Below are positions 39,684-49,029 of a stretch of DNA of 64,000 bases, piece by piece. The DNA is from Candidatus Peregrinibacteria bacterium. GTDB taxonomy: Bacteria; Patescibacteriota; Gracilibacteria; Peribacterales; Peribacteraceae. The stretch is from positions 8,508-72,507 of the forward strand of contig JACPMB010000003.1 of the NCBI GenBank assembly GCA_016186175.1, in the 5' to 3' direction. Made by a program: the position numbers and the translations under genes. Within the stretch, counting starts at the first letter, position 1; each line of letters starts with the position of its first letter. The notes beneath the pieces were generated by a model. That model had not been told where the DNA came from. It did not search any database and saw only the letters and a list, made by a program, of their open reading frames with translations.

Positions 39684-40640
39684 GTGAATCTTTCCCAAAC
39701 GGTCCTCGGCGTCCGCTTCGAAAACCCGACCGTACTTGCTTCGGGAATCATGGGCGTCACAGCCGGCAGTTGGAAACGCGCCGCGCGCTGCGGCGCGGGA
39801 GCTGTAACGACGAAGTCCATCTGGCTGCGGGAACACAAGGGACATCCAAATCCCGTCATCATCAGCACACCGCACTGGACGCTCAACGCCGTCGGCGTGC
39901 CCGACGCTGGCTATGAGAAAGCACGCGAGGAAATCGGCGAATTCCTGAAGGATAAACCTGTCCCTCTGATCGTGAACATCATCGCCGAGACTGTGGAAAA
40001 CTACTCGAAAACCGCCGAGGTGCTTTTGCCGCTCAAGCCCGATTTTCTGGAAGTTAATATCAGCTGCCCGAATATCGAGCATGAATTCGGCAAGCCTTTC
40101 GCCTGCTCCGCATCGGACGCGGCGGCGGTTACGCAAGCCGTGAAGGGCGTTTGCAAAGGGACGCCGGTCTTTATCAAGCTGTCTCCGAACGCGGACAGCA
40201 TCGGCCGGATCGCAGCGGCATGCGCCGCGGCCGGAGCAGACGGGTTCACCGCCATCAACACCGCTGGTCCCGGCATGGCAATTGACCTGCGCAGCCGCAT
40301 GCCGATTCTGGCGAACAGAGTTGGAGGACTCTCCGGGCCCGCCATCAAGCCGATCTCAGTACGCTGCATCGCCGAAGTCTATGAGGCGACCGGCGGCAAA
40401 CTCCCAATCATCGGAACCGGTGGAGTTTGCACCGGGGAAGACGCGATTGAACTTATGCTGGCAGGAGCTTCCCTGATCGGAATAGGCACCGCCGTGGGAG
40501 ACCGCGGAATGGACGTTTTCCAGAAAGTCTGCGACGAGATGCAAGCCTGGTGCGCGAGCGAAGGGGTGAAGGATGTGAAGGAACTTGTAGGAGGAATGCA
40601 TCACGCTGTCGCGCGAGTGGAAAGTGGAAAAAAGTCATAA
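39684..40640 (+). CDS. pyrD: Dihydroorotate dehydrogenase family 1B catalytic subunit
   Basis: NPTVLASG, EVNISCPN, KLSPN, GGLSGPAIKP; GTG start 7 nt after TATAAT. Confidence 0.94.
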   Translation: MNLSQTVLGVRFENPTVLASGIMGVTAGSWKRAARCGAGAVTTKSIWLREHKGHPNPVIISTPHWTLNAVGVPDAGYEKAREEIGEFLKDKPVPLIVNIIAETVENYSKTAEVLLPLKPDFLEVNISCPNIEHEFGKPFACSASDAAAVTQAVKGVCKGTPVFIKLSPNADSIGRIAAACAAAGADGFTAINTAGPGMAIDLRSRMPILANRVGGLSGPAIKPISVRCIAEVYEATGGKLPIIGTGGVCTGEDAIELMLAGASLIGIGTAVGDRGMDVFQKVCDEMQAWCASEGVKDVKELVGGMHHAVARVESGKKS

Positions 40641-40716
40641 CTTTCCACTTTCCACTTTCCACTTTCCACTTTCCACTTTCCACTTTCCACTTTCCACTTT
40701 CCACTTTCAACTTCCC
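40640..40716 (+). repeat. Heptamer tandem array (ACTTTCC) x9 plus 2 degenerate units
   Basis: Counted directly; inverted GAAAGTG units lie just upstream; the same heptamer recurs at 63930-64000. Confidence 0.95.
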
Positions 40717-40720
40717 ACTC

Positions 40721-41635
40721 ATGTCGATCCCCCTTCAGAGCCGGCTCCCCAGAACCTATCGGATCAAACATGTAAAACAGGAAACCGAAATGGTGCGCAC
40801 ATTCACGTTCGACGGCTCGCTGGGCGCGAAACCCGGACAGTTCGCGATGGTGTGGCTGCCTGGAGCGGACGAGGTGCCGATGAGCGTCGCCTGCGACGAC
40901 GGCGCGACCACGCGGATCACATTTTTTGCCGCCGGCGGCATGACGAATGAGCTGGCAAAACTCCGCGTTGGCGATCTCGCGGGGCTGCGCGGGCCGTTCG
41001 GCACGCATTACGAATGGGAACGCGGCCAGCATATCGTCCTTGTAGCTGGAGGATACGGCGCTGCGCCGATGTACTTCGTCGCGAAGGAGACGGCCATGCA
41101 CGACTGCACTCTGGATGTGATCGTCGGCGCGCGGAGCAATGATCACCTGTTGTACGTGGAGGAGCTGGAATCGCTCCCGCACGTGTCGCTCCATCTCGCG
41201 ACCGACGACGGATCCGCAGGGCACAAGGGATTCGGCACCGACATTTTGGAAAAGTTGTTAAGTTCGTGCCACCGACCGGCTGCGGCCCGACCCATAGATG
41301 CGACATCCGCTCCGCGGATTTCTACTCGGAGTGACAACGGAAAGTGCAGTCCTATTGATCAGATCTTTGGTTGTGGGCCCGAAATGATGTTGAAGCGCAT
41401 TAGTGAGATGTGCGCGAAATATGAGGTTACTGCGCAGCTTTCCATGGAACGCTACATGAAGTGCGGGTACGGACTGTGCGGGAACTGCGTTATGGATCCG
41501 CTTGGCATACGCATCTGCAAGGAAGGGCCCGTGGTAAGCAACGAGGTTCTGCTGCAATTGACGGAATTCGGGAAATACTACCGCGATGATCTGGGCAAAA
41601 AACACAGCTTCGACGCTATCAGGAAACAGCGATAA
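40721..41635 (+). CDS. pyrK: Dihydroorotate dehydrogenase electron transfer subunit
   Basis: PGQFAM, RGPFG, AGGYGAAP, CGPEMML, MKCGYGLCGNC...CKEGPV. Confidence 0.92.
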   Translation: MSIPLQSRLPRTYRIKHVKQETEMVRTFTFDGSLGAKPGQFAMVWLPGADEVPMSVACDDGATTRITFFAAGGMTNELAKLRVGDLAGLRGPFGTHYEWERGQHIVLVAGGYGAAPMYFVAKETAMHDCTLDVIVGARSNDHLLYVEELESLPHVSLHLATDDGSAGHKGFGTDILEKLLSSCHRPAAARPIDATSAPRISTRSDNGKCSPIDQIFGCGPEMMLKRISEMCAKYEVTAQLSMERYMKCGYGLCGNCVMDPLGIRICKEGPVVSNEVLLQLTEFGKYYRDDLGKKHSFDAIRKQR

Positions 41636-41706
41636 AATGCGGAATATCGTGCCGAATGGCAGAATGGCAGTTTGCATATTTAGCATAATTATGTTATAGT
41701 ATCTAA

Positions 41707-41822
41707 GTCATCTTCTGATCGATCTCCTCCGATCGTCCCACATGGTGACATCTATACCGTCGCAAGACGGATTAACAAACATCAACCGTCATCTGCAGTC
41801 GTAGGCGACGGTTTTTGTTTTT
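41707..41822 (+). ncRNA. Candidate small RNA (or 20-aa ORF) between a promoter and a terminator
   Basis: TTGCAT-N17-TATAGT at 41672-41700; CCGTC GCAA GACGG hairpin; AACCGTC...GACGGTT terminator with T-tract. Confidence 0.5.
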
Positions 41823-41932
41823 CCGCAGAAAAACCCTGAGCGAGCTGCCAAGCATTGCAAATCTCGGACGCGGCGAGTCGAAGGGCTTTTCCGCAGAAAA
41901 ACCCTGAGCGAGCTGCCAGGCAAATCGAAGGA
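41819..41932 (+). repeat. Tandem 32-bp direct repeat built on CCCTGAGCGAG...TCGAAGG REP elements
   Basis: TTTTCCGCAGAAAAACCCTGAGCGAGCTGCCA at 41819-41850 and 41887-41918. Confidence 0.85.
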
Positions 41933-42019
41933 TGCTTTTGTCACTCGTCAAGTTGGAGTGCTAGACAAAAGTCAGGACAGATACTATTATCCACTCTCTA
42001 CTTTTTTCCCATTTCATTT

Positions 42020-42076
42020 ATGTCAGCATATAGTTGTTCCGGAGGCGGCGGATGCGGAGGCGGCTGCAGCCACTGA
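42020..42076 (+). CDS. 18-aa Cys/Gly-rich micropeptide MSAYSCSGGGGCGGGCSH
   Basis: TAGACA-N17-TATTAT promoter (41962-41990), pyrimidine-rich UTR like those of rplL and the LIV binding protein gene, terminator downstream. Confidence 0.55.
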   Translation: MSAYSCSGGGGCGGGCSH

Positions 42077-42106
42077 TTTATCGCCGATGTATTCGTCAGA
42101 AAATAG

Positions 42107-42138
42107 GGTTCGCGTGCGTACAACGCGGGCCCTTTTGG
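42107..42138 (+). terminator. Intrinsic terminator after the micropeptide
   Basis: AGGGTTCGCGT/ACGCGGGCCCT stem followed by a short T-tract. Confidence 0.65.
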
Positions 42139-42211
42139 TTGCACAATAGCCCGCATAATTTGATGCGGCTTGCTTCTTGACACATAACAGAAAAGGTATT
42201 TAATTAACTGC

Positions 42212-43255
42212 ATGACTGAAACACGCCGCGAATGCGAGGATGAGCCGATACAGGCAACATTCGACAAATTGGTGGATGAATGTCTATCCACGGCGGAAAA
42301 ACTGGGTGTGAGCATTAAGCATCAAAATGCGCTCTCCATCTGGCTGTGCAAAGGCCTGGATTCAGGCTGGTCGAATGTCAAACAAATATTCGCAGAAGTA
42401 TGGCGCAAAACTGAAAAGGATTCAGTTATACGTGAGCAACTCAAGGCCGCCGTCCGCTCCATCGCATCTCAATTCTGCGATATTAACGCGTATTATATAG
42501 CTAAAGTTCTGTGCGAAACGACGGAGCAGGATCACGGAACGATGATTCTGGAACATGCGCGGGCGCACGGCGCGATTGATCCGATAAGCAAGGATGTCAA
42601 TCTTGATCTTGCGATGACAGTGGAGGAACGAGGCACTGCGCAAGAGATAGACAAGGTGCTTGCTTTGAAATTGCCAATGAGCGGAGGCTTCGACGATATA
42701 CACGGACAGGTCAAAGATGTTCTGGAAAACATCTGGCGTTTGCTCAAAACATACACCAGGCATCTACAACTGCCATCACGACACGGCAATGTTTATCAAT
42801 TGTTGTTTCCGACGGCGGCTTTGCAGCTGCACGAACAGAACTACGATATTGCAATCGGGGTGCTCCATGGCGGAGCGAATATCGTCAATTATATGCACCC
42901 TCTTGGTCAGAACTCCGGTTATCTGGAATGGCACAGGCACTGGCAGCGCAATCCAACATGGATTACAAAAAATAGGACAGAGATAAGGAAGGGCATGAGA
43001 GTGCTACTGTGCGAGAATGATGCGTGTTCCGGAGATACTTTGATCAATGTGATGCGCAAGCTGGATTCTATTTCTCCGTCGTCGGTGGACGTGTGTTTTA
43101 CAGGCATAAGGCACAAAGCAAGCAAAGATGTTGCCGGTAAAATGAATGCTTTCGGCCGGATCATGCACCTCACTGACCTGAGCAGTGAAAGAATTTTTTC
43201 AGACATGTTGAAGTACAAGCAATTGCTGACGGATGTCATGGCCGGTACGGAGTGA
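42212..43255 (+). CDS. Hypothetical protein with C-terminal phosphoribosyltransferase-like domain
   Basis: IAIGVLHGG and RVLLCENDACSGDTL resemble type I PRTase motifs; visibly more AT-rich than the core genes. Confidence 0.65.
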   Translation: MTETRRECEDEPIQATFDKLVDECLSTAEKLGVSIKHQNALSIWLCKGLDSGWSNVKQIFAEVWRKTEKDSVIREQLKAAVRSIASQFCDINAYYIAKVLCETTEQDHGTMILEHARAHGAIDPISKDVNLDLAMTVEERGTAQEIDKVLALKLPMSGGFDDIHGQVKDVLENIWRLLKTYTRHLQLPSRHGNVYQLLFPTAALQLHEQNYDIAIGVLHGGANIVNYMHPLGQNSGYLEWHRHWQRNPTWITKNRTEIRKGMRVLLCENDACSGDTLINVMRKLDSISPSSVDVCFTGIRHKASKDVAGKMNAFGRIMHLTDLSSERIFSDMLKYKQLLTDVMAGTE

Positions 43256-43423
43256 GAGTTCGGATATCGAATGACACCGCTTCGCTTTTAAATGGATGGG
43301 CCACGTTCCCATTGCTGATGCTTGATCCAAATTATTTTGTGTACGGCTCTCCCAGTTTCTTCATAACCCGGTGAAAACGCTTTTAAAACGGCAAGCGCTG
43401 GAAGTCGTGTATACTGCGGGAGT

Positions 43424-44602
43424 ATGGAGGAAACTGACGTTCCAGAGATGCACGTGAAACAGACGGTGCGTGTGTTCGCTGCGGCCTCTTTTCTTCACGA
43501 TATCGGATCGGACATGATTTTCTCCGTCTGGCCGCTCTTCCTCACGCAAGTGCTCGGTGCGAACATGGCGGTCGTCGGTTTCATTGATGGACTTGGCGAC
43601 ACCATCGTCTCGATCTCTCAGGCAGTCTCCGGCTATCTCTCTGACCGCATCCGCAAGAGGAAGATCTTTGTGTGGATGGGATACCTGCTCGGCGGCATCG
43701 CACGGATCGGCTATGCACTCGCGCCATCGTGGCAATGGATCATTCCTTTCCGCATCCTCGACCGCTCAGGGAAAATGCGCGGTGCGCCGCGTGATGCAAT
43801 GCTTTCGGATGTCTCGACTCGCGAAAATCGCGGAAGGCACTTCGGCATACTGCGGGCAATGGACAATGCTGGTGCCGTCGTCGGCATCATCTTGTCCATC
43901 CTGCTCATCGAGCGGATTGGTTATAGCTCACTGTTCCTGACCGCCGCGGTTCCTTCCATACTAGCCGTTCTCCTCGTACTCACCTTCGTCCGGGAATCGA
44001 CATCCTCAACGCGAATCTTCAAAGGAGTCCGGCTGACGGATTTCACACATGATCTCAAGCTCTACACCATACTCTCTGCGCTCTTTTCTTTGGGGAACTT
44101 CAGCTACTCCTTCCTCCTCCTTGTGGCGAGACAGGCCGGATTCACTGTTGGTTCCATTCCCGTCCTGTATTTGCTCTTTACGCTCATGGCCGCTCTCTTC
44201 TCGCTGCCGTTCGGGAAGCTGGCAGACAAGTTCAACCGGAAAGCAGTTCTCCTCTGCTCTTTTATCCTCTGGGCTGGAGTTTCCACCTTGCTACTCCTGA
44301 GTCACTCCACGACTGCCATCATAGTATCGTTCGTGCTCTACGGACTTCACAAGGCGGCGCACGATCCGGTCCAAAAGGCTTTTGCCGCTGAACTCGCACC
44401 GAAGGATTTTGTCGCGAGCACACTCGGCGGATTCCAGATGGTCATCGGTCTCTGCAGTCTCCCCGCATCGCTGATGGCAGGTCTTATCTGGGATCGCATT
44501 GGCATGATGATGCCATTCCTGCTTTCCCTCATCCTGACTGTTTTTTCCTCTTTCCTGCTGCTGTTTGTGACTGAAGGCAAAAAGTCGCGCAGGCCAAGTT
44601 AA
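43424..44602 (+). CDS. MFS transporter
   Basis: GYLSDRIRKRK and GKLADKFNRK motif A; about 12 TM segments. Confidence 0.92.
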   Translation: MEETDVPEMHVKQTVRVFAAASFLHDIGSDMIFSVWPLFLTQVLGANMAVVGFIDGLGDTIVSISQAVSGYLSDRIRKRKIFVWMGYLLGGIARIGYALAPSWQWIIPFRILDRSGKMRGAPRDAMLSDVSTRENRGRHFGILRAMDNAGAVVGIILSILLIERIGYSSLFLTAAVPSILAVLLVLTFVRESTSSTRIFKGVRLTDFTHDLKLYTILSALFSLGNFSYSFLLLVARQAGFTVGSIPVLYLLFTLMAALFSLPFGKLADKFNRKAVLLCSFILWAGVSTLLLLSHSTTAIIVSFVLYGLHKAAHDPVQKAFAAELAPKDFVASTLGGFQMVIGLCSLPASLMAGLIWDRIGMMMPFLLSLILTVFSSFLLLFVTEGKKSRRPS

Positions 44603-44717
44603 ACCGAATAATTCCGAACAGTTGATGAAAAATACGTATTGTGGTCAGCCATCCTATTGGCATCCAATGATATTCGATCCAAGGCTCGGCCGCAAAATTC
44701 CACTATGCCACTGCAGT

Positions 44718-46109
44718 CTAGTGCCGTGACCCATGCAATTCGCTTCGCCGAAGGAGAAACGTCAGGATCGGAGGTGTGAGGAGAGTCGTGAGGATCACCA
44801 TAATGATGATGACGGAAAAAAGTTTGTCCGTGAGCACCCCGAGAGACAATCCCATCGAAGCAAAGATGAGACCCACTTCACCACGAGGCACCATTCCCCA
44901 GCCGACGAGCGACTTTCGCACGGGTCCTGCGGCGAGTCCGGAGACGATCTTCCCTACGAATGCCACTGCGGTGATCCCGAGGGCGACGAGGAGCACAGGG
45001 AGGTTCCCGAGCGTCTCGAGTTTCACTCCCATGCCGATCATGATGAAGAAGATCGGCACGAGGAAATGGCCAAGCGGCTCGATGATGTCGTCGATGTGCC
45101 GATCAGCATGCGGCTCGATCGCTGCGAGCACGCGCTGCCTCGTCGCGCTGTCTGCCTTCTCCACCGACGCTTTCACGTCGGATACCACTTTTGGATCCTT
45201 GAAGTAGCGGAAGTGCACGGGTTCGAGGACGAGTCCCGCCGCGAAGGCTCCGACGATCGGCGCAAGACCTATTTGCTGCGCGAGCCCTGCGATGACGAGC
45301 CCGAAGCACACAGCCAGGGTGAACTTCATGCCGACACCTGTATGAATCATCGAGAAGAGCTTGCCGAGGCGCGGTGCCAGAACGTGGCCGATGACGATGG
45401 ATCCCACGAGGAACGCAAGTGCCTTCAACGTGATGAGGCTGATACCTGCGAAGTTCACGGTGCCTTCCGTGGCGATCGCAGATACCACAGCGAGGATGAT
45501 GAGGCCGATGACGTCGTCGATGACAGCAGCTCCGAGCACGATCTGCGCCTCTGGACTCTGCAATTTCTTAAGATCACGGAAGACGCGCGCGGTGATACCG
45601 ACGGAGGTGGCCGTCAATGCTGCTCCCAAGAAAAGGTAGGCATTGCTCTGCAGGCCTGGGAGAAGCAGAGGACCCACAATGTACGTACCGAGCACGAACG
45701 GTGCAATCACACCGACCGTGGCGACGAGGAGGGCACGGACACCGACTTTTCGCATCTTTTGAATATTCGATTCGAGACCGATTTGGAAGAGAAGAATGAC
45801 TACCCCCAGTTCCGCAAGGAAGCGGATGATCTCGTGATGCTTCACGGGCTCGATCCAGGGAATGCCGACGAGCACGAGGTTCCCAAGCAGCACACCCATG
45901 ATCAGTTCACCGAGGACAGCAGGTTGCCCGAAGCGTTCGACGAGACTCGCCATCTTCGCGGCCACGAGCAGGAAAGCGATCCAGAGGAACGTGCTTGCGA
46001 TATTGTGTGTTCCCGGATCTCCGGCACTTTCGGCTGCGAAGGCAATCGGCACATGAGCGAGCGCGAGAAGTGAGAGAGGAAAGATTCTTCGAAGCAACGT
46101 GCAGCGCAT
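44718..46109 (-). CDS. Cation:proton antiporter (CPA2, NapA/KefB-like)
   Basis: GQPAVLGE, TATSVGIT, AAVIDD, PIFF, MVPRGEVGL. Confidence 0.93.
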   Translation of the reverse strand: MRCTLLRRIFPLSLLALAHVPIAFAAESAGDPGTHNIASTFLWIAFLLVAAKMASLVERFGQPAVLGELIMGVLLGNLVLVGIPWIEPVKHHEIIRFLAELGVVILLFQIGLESNIQKMRKVGVRALLVATVGVIAPFVLGTYIVGPLLLPGLQSNAYLFLGAALTATSVGITARVFRDLKKLQSPEAQIVLGAAVIDDVIGLIILAVVSAIATEGTVNFAGISLITLKALAFLVGSIVIGHVLAPRLGKLFSMIHTGVGMKFTLAVCFGLVIAGLAQQIGLAPIVGAFAAGLVLEPVHFRYFKDPKVVSDVKASVEKADSATRQRVLAAIEPHADRHIDDIIEPLGHFLVPIFFIMIGMGVKLETLGNLPVLLVALGITAVAFVGKIVSGLAAGPVRKSLVGWGMVPRGEVGLIFASMGLSLGVLTDKLFSVIIIMVILTTLLTPPILTFLLRRSELHGSRH

Positions 46110-46239
46110 GCGTTTGGGAGGAAAGTTGTGGCATAGTATGCCGTGAAGGTTGATTCCGTTCAAGCCCACTGGCCTCGGCGAAAAACAACTGCGTCAACTG
46201 GAGAAACAATGGGAATCACGAACATGATGACAGAAATAA

Positions 46240-47220
46240 TCACAGAGCGATGACGATCTGTATGGCAACGATCCCGAGGTACCCTCCGAGGAGCACAGCG
46301 CCTTCGAGCCGCGAGATCGTCTGCTTCGTGAGAAGAAAGAAAAAGAGCAGGAGGCTCATTACGATGAGCGCAGGCAATTCAAACGAAAGCCAGCGACTGG
46401 AGATGGCGACCGGCGAGAGCATCGCCGCGATGCCGAGCGTCACTAGGAGTGTGAAAACGTTGCTACCGAGCGTCTCGGACACGGCGATGTCCCCCATGCC
46501 CTTCTTCGTAGCTTTATACGCCGCAAAGATATTGGGGAGCGACGGTCCGAGCGCCCCCAGCGTCAGACCGATGAGGAGTTCATCGATACCAAGGGTGCTG
46601 GCAAACCACACGAGTTGCTGCGAGAAAATATGCGCGCCGACGAGGAGCAAAGCCGTTCCAAGGATGAACGAGAGCCAGTTCGCTTTCATTTTGCCGAAGT
46701 TGAAGCCGATGAAATCAAGTTCCATCTCGATTTCTTGTATTTCTTTGCTGCGTTCTTCGGGAGACAGCTGCTTCTCCTGCATGAAGATATTGACGAGGTA
46801 CGGGATGAAGAGCAGGAACAACGCCCCGCCCTCCAGCCGCGTGATCTCGCCGCTCGCGCCGATGGCGAAGATGAGAATCGGGATGATGATCGAGAAGATG
46901 CCATCCCGTAGAATGAGGGATTTCTTCACTTTCAATGGCCGGATAATCGCGCAGAATCCCGTCATGAGCCCGATGTTGCAGATGATCGAACCAAGCACCA
47001 CGCCCAAGCTGATCGCGAGGTAGCCTTGCATCGTCGTGAGGACGGCCACGAGAATCTCCGGCAAGCTCACGGCGGTAGAGACGAGGATGAGCCCCACAGC
47101 CACTCCCGATACACCGAGCCTCCGTGCAATAGGGATGAGGGAAGCGGTCAGCCAGTCCGACCCCTTACCCATAAGAAGAATGCCGAGGCCAGTGAAAAGG
47201 AACGCAACGATGAGGAACAT
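46240..47220 (-). CDS. Calcium/sodium antiporter (YrbG-like)
   Basis: Alpha repeats STAVSLPE...GSIICN and GPSLPN...GSNVF. Confidence 0.9.
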   Translation of the reverse strand: MFLIVAFLFTGLGILLMGKGSDWLTASLIPIARRLGVSGVAVGLILVSTAVSLPEILVAVLTTMQGYLAISLGVVLGSIICNIGLMTGFCAIIRPLKVKKSLILRDGIFSIIIPILIFAIGASGEITRLEGGALFLLFIPYLVNIFMQEKQLSPEERSKEIQEIEMELDFIGFNFGKMKANWLSFILGTALLLVGAHIFSQQLVWFASTLGIDELLIGLTLGALGPSLPNIFAAYKATKKGMGDIAVSETLGSNVFTLLVTLGIAAMLSPVAISSRWLSFELPALIVMSLLLFFFLLTKQTISRLEGAVLLGGYLGIVAIQIVIAL

Positions 47221-47358
47221 GAGATGTAGAAATGGATTGTAGCAGCGATCTGATCGATATAAGTTGAGGATTCATCTTCTTCGACGCTCCGAAACCAATC
47301 CTGCGTGGCATCAGGGTTCTGATGTTCTTTCTTTGTTCTGCTATACAATGCGGACATC

Positions 47359-47958
47359 ATGCACATCTTCGCCCTCGAAACAGACATCGGGAAACTGAAG
47401 GCAAGTTTCCTCTCGGAAGAGGAACGGGAGATCTGCACGGTGTTCTTCCATGGTTTCCGATTCTTCCTGACAGTGCTGCGTCTGACGCTCTGGACTTTCC
47501 TCATCATCGGCATCGCCATGGGGATCGGCTTAGCGGGTCTGCCATTTTCATGGGTCGTTATCGCGGCGTCCAGTGTCTGGCTCGCCTTTGTCTCCCGACC
47601 GTTGCTGCGAGCATACCTCGACTGGCATTACGACTTCATCCTCATCACGACTGACAAAGTGATCCTCGTCAATCAATCATCGATCTTCCATCAGAAGGTC
47701 ACACCGATGAACCTGGAGAATTTCGCGAGTGCGAGTGCTGAGACACAATTCTGGAACCTCTTCCCCTTCGGAATTCTGCACTTCAACTGGAAAGAGGGTG
47801 TAGGGAACGGTGTGAATCTACGCTACATCCCGCATGCGCATGACATCGCATCGTGCATCTCGGACGCGATCACCACATTCCAGCGGCGCAAGGATCTGCG
47901 TCGCTACGGCAGTACGTCGGAAGAGGAACAGAGAAGAGGGCATGAAGTGCGGTCGTGA
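47359..47958 (+). CDS. Membrane protein with bacterial PH-like domain
   Basis: Two TM segments then DWHYDFILITTDKVILVNQ...FG...YIPH. Confidence 0.75.
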   Translation: MHIFALETDIGKLKASFLSEEEREICTVFFHGFRFFLTVLRLTLWTFLIIGIAMGIGLAGLPFSWVVIAASSVWLAFVSRPLLRAYLDWHYDFILITTDKVILVNQSSIFHQKVTPMNLENFASASAETQFWNLFPFGILHFNWKEGVGNGVNLRYIPHAHDIASCISDAITTFQRRKDLRRYGSTSEEEQRRGHEVRS

Positions 47959-47960
47959 AC

Positions 47961-48197
47961 TTACAAATTTGAATCCCAGAGAGCATCCTCGAAGGTCGGG
48001 GTTTGAGAACTTGAAGGCACCACGATCGCGAGAGGCGGATTCCTTTCGCAAGTTGACCGGATTCGACGACCAACCTGATTCGTTCCCCATTCGTCGAGAA
48101 CTTCTTTCACTATTTGATCAGCTAGATTGCGCTGTTCATTGGAAAGCTGCCGGACTTCAAATGGAGTGCCTTCTTCTGCCCTTTCCCGGTTGCTCAT
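47961..48197 (-). CDS. Small hypothetical protein
   Basis: ORF in the same orientation as the GIY-YIG cluster; no motif. Confidence 0.4.
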   Translation of the reverse strand: MSNRERAEEGTPFEVRQLSNEQRNLADQIVKEVLDEWGTNQVGRRIRSTCERNPPLAIVVPSSSQTPTFEDALWDSNL

Positions 48198-48245
48198 GAG
48201 CAAAATATACCTGCGAACATATATGGAAGCAATGAGATAGTGACA

Positions 48246-48506
48246 TCAGTTTTTCGTCGGATGCTTACCTACAGCAAGATTTTCTTTCTTCATCTTGCTC
48301 CATGTCTTCACCTGCGCTTCACGACGTCTGGCTTCAACAAGAGTAGAAAATTCTTCGTGATAGATGATTTTCACTGGCCGTCGCGATCGTGTGTATTTAG
48401 CACCTTTGCCTATATTGTGTCTCGCCTCTCGAGCTTTCAGATCAATACAAGAACCTGAATACAAAGACGCATCGACGCACCGTGCAAGATAGAAATAGTA
48501 AGGCAT
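48246..48506 (-). CDS. Stand-alone GIY-YIG nuclease (UPF0213/YhbQ-like), copy 1
   Basis: YFYLARC..SLYSG...R..RHN.GKGAKYTRSRRPV...ARRREAQVK. Confidence 0.92.
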   Translation of the reverse strand: MPYYFYLARCVDASLYSGSCIDLKAREARHNIGKGAKYTRSRRPVKIIYHEEFSTLVEARRREAQVKTWSKMKKENLAVGKHPTKN

Positions 48507-48532
48507 TGGTTTATGAGTATATCTGATTGATT

Positions 48533-48665
48533 GCCCTCGGCTCGCTCCGCTCGCTCGGGGCACTCGCCTCGGCCACGCGAAAGAATGGTCGGAGCCCGAG
48601 CGAAGCCGAGGGCGTAGACCACGAGCGAGGCCCGAGTTGCGCAGCAACGAGGGCCGAGTCGAGTG
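48533..48665. repeat. Cluster of CCCGAGCG...(T/C)CGAGGG hairpin repeats upstream of GIY-YIG copy 1
   Basis: GCCCTCGGCTCGCTCCGCTCGCTCGGGGC, GCCCGAGCGAAGCCGAGGGC and nested CCACGAGCGA...CGAGTCGAGTGG. Confidence 0.8.
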
Positions 48666-48752
48666 GCAGAACAACGGGGTCTGACACCAAAAAGGTTGAG
48701 GCCCAGACAAGGTTTTTGAGAGTCGGGTTTTAGGGATGACAGGGCAAGACGG

Positions 48753-49016
48753 TCACCTCTTTTCTGATGCTCTGAGAAAGATTACGGTCGTTACAAGCTC
48801 GATCAATTTTCTTCCATGAGCATCATCTTCAAATCCCCCCATTATTGATATGAGACTTCTCCTCGATGAATCTTGTTGAAGAGTAGTTGCAGCTTTTTGG
48901 AGAACTGTGATGTCATCTGGAGTGAGAGCGGCTTCTACAAAACGTGGATGGCTTTTCGCCAGAGAACCAATATCCAAGCCTGTTGTGTAATCAAATCCCT
49001 CATCCATAACTTTCAT
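48753..49016 (-). CDS. Small hypothetical protein between GIY-YIG genes
   Basis: AT-rich ORF with TACAAT immediately upstream. Confidence 0.55.
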   Translation of the reverse strand: MKVMDEGFDYTTGLDIGSLAKSHPRFVEAALTPDDITVLQKAATTLQQDSSRRSLISIMGGFEDDAHGRKLIELVTTVIFLRASEKR

Positions 49017-49029
49017 ATTGTACCATTTT

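Noticed and set aside
44733-46073. 446-aa plus-strand ORF
   Set aside because: Antisense shadow of the CPA2 antiporter.
48507-48710. N-terminal extension of GIY-YIG copy 1 in the ORF track
   Set aside because: Read-through of hairpin repeats; the paralog starts at MPYYF.
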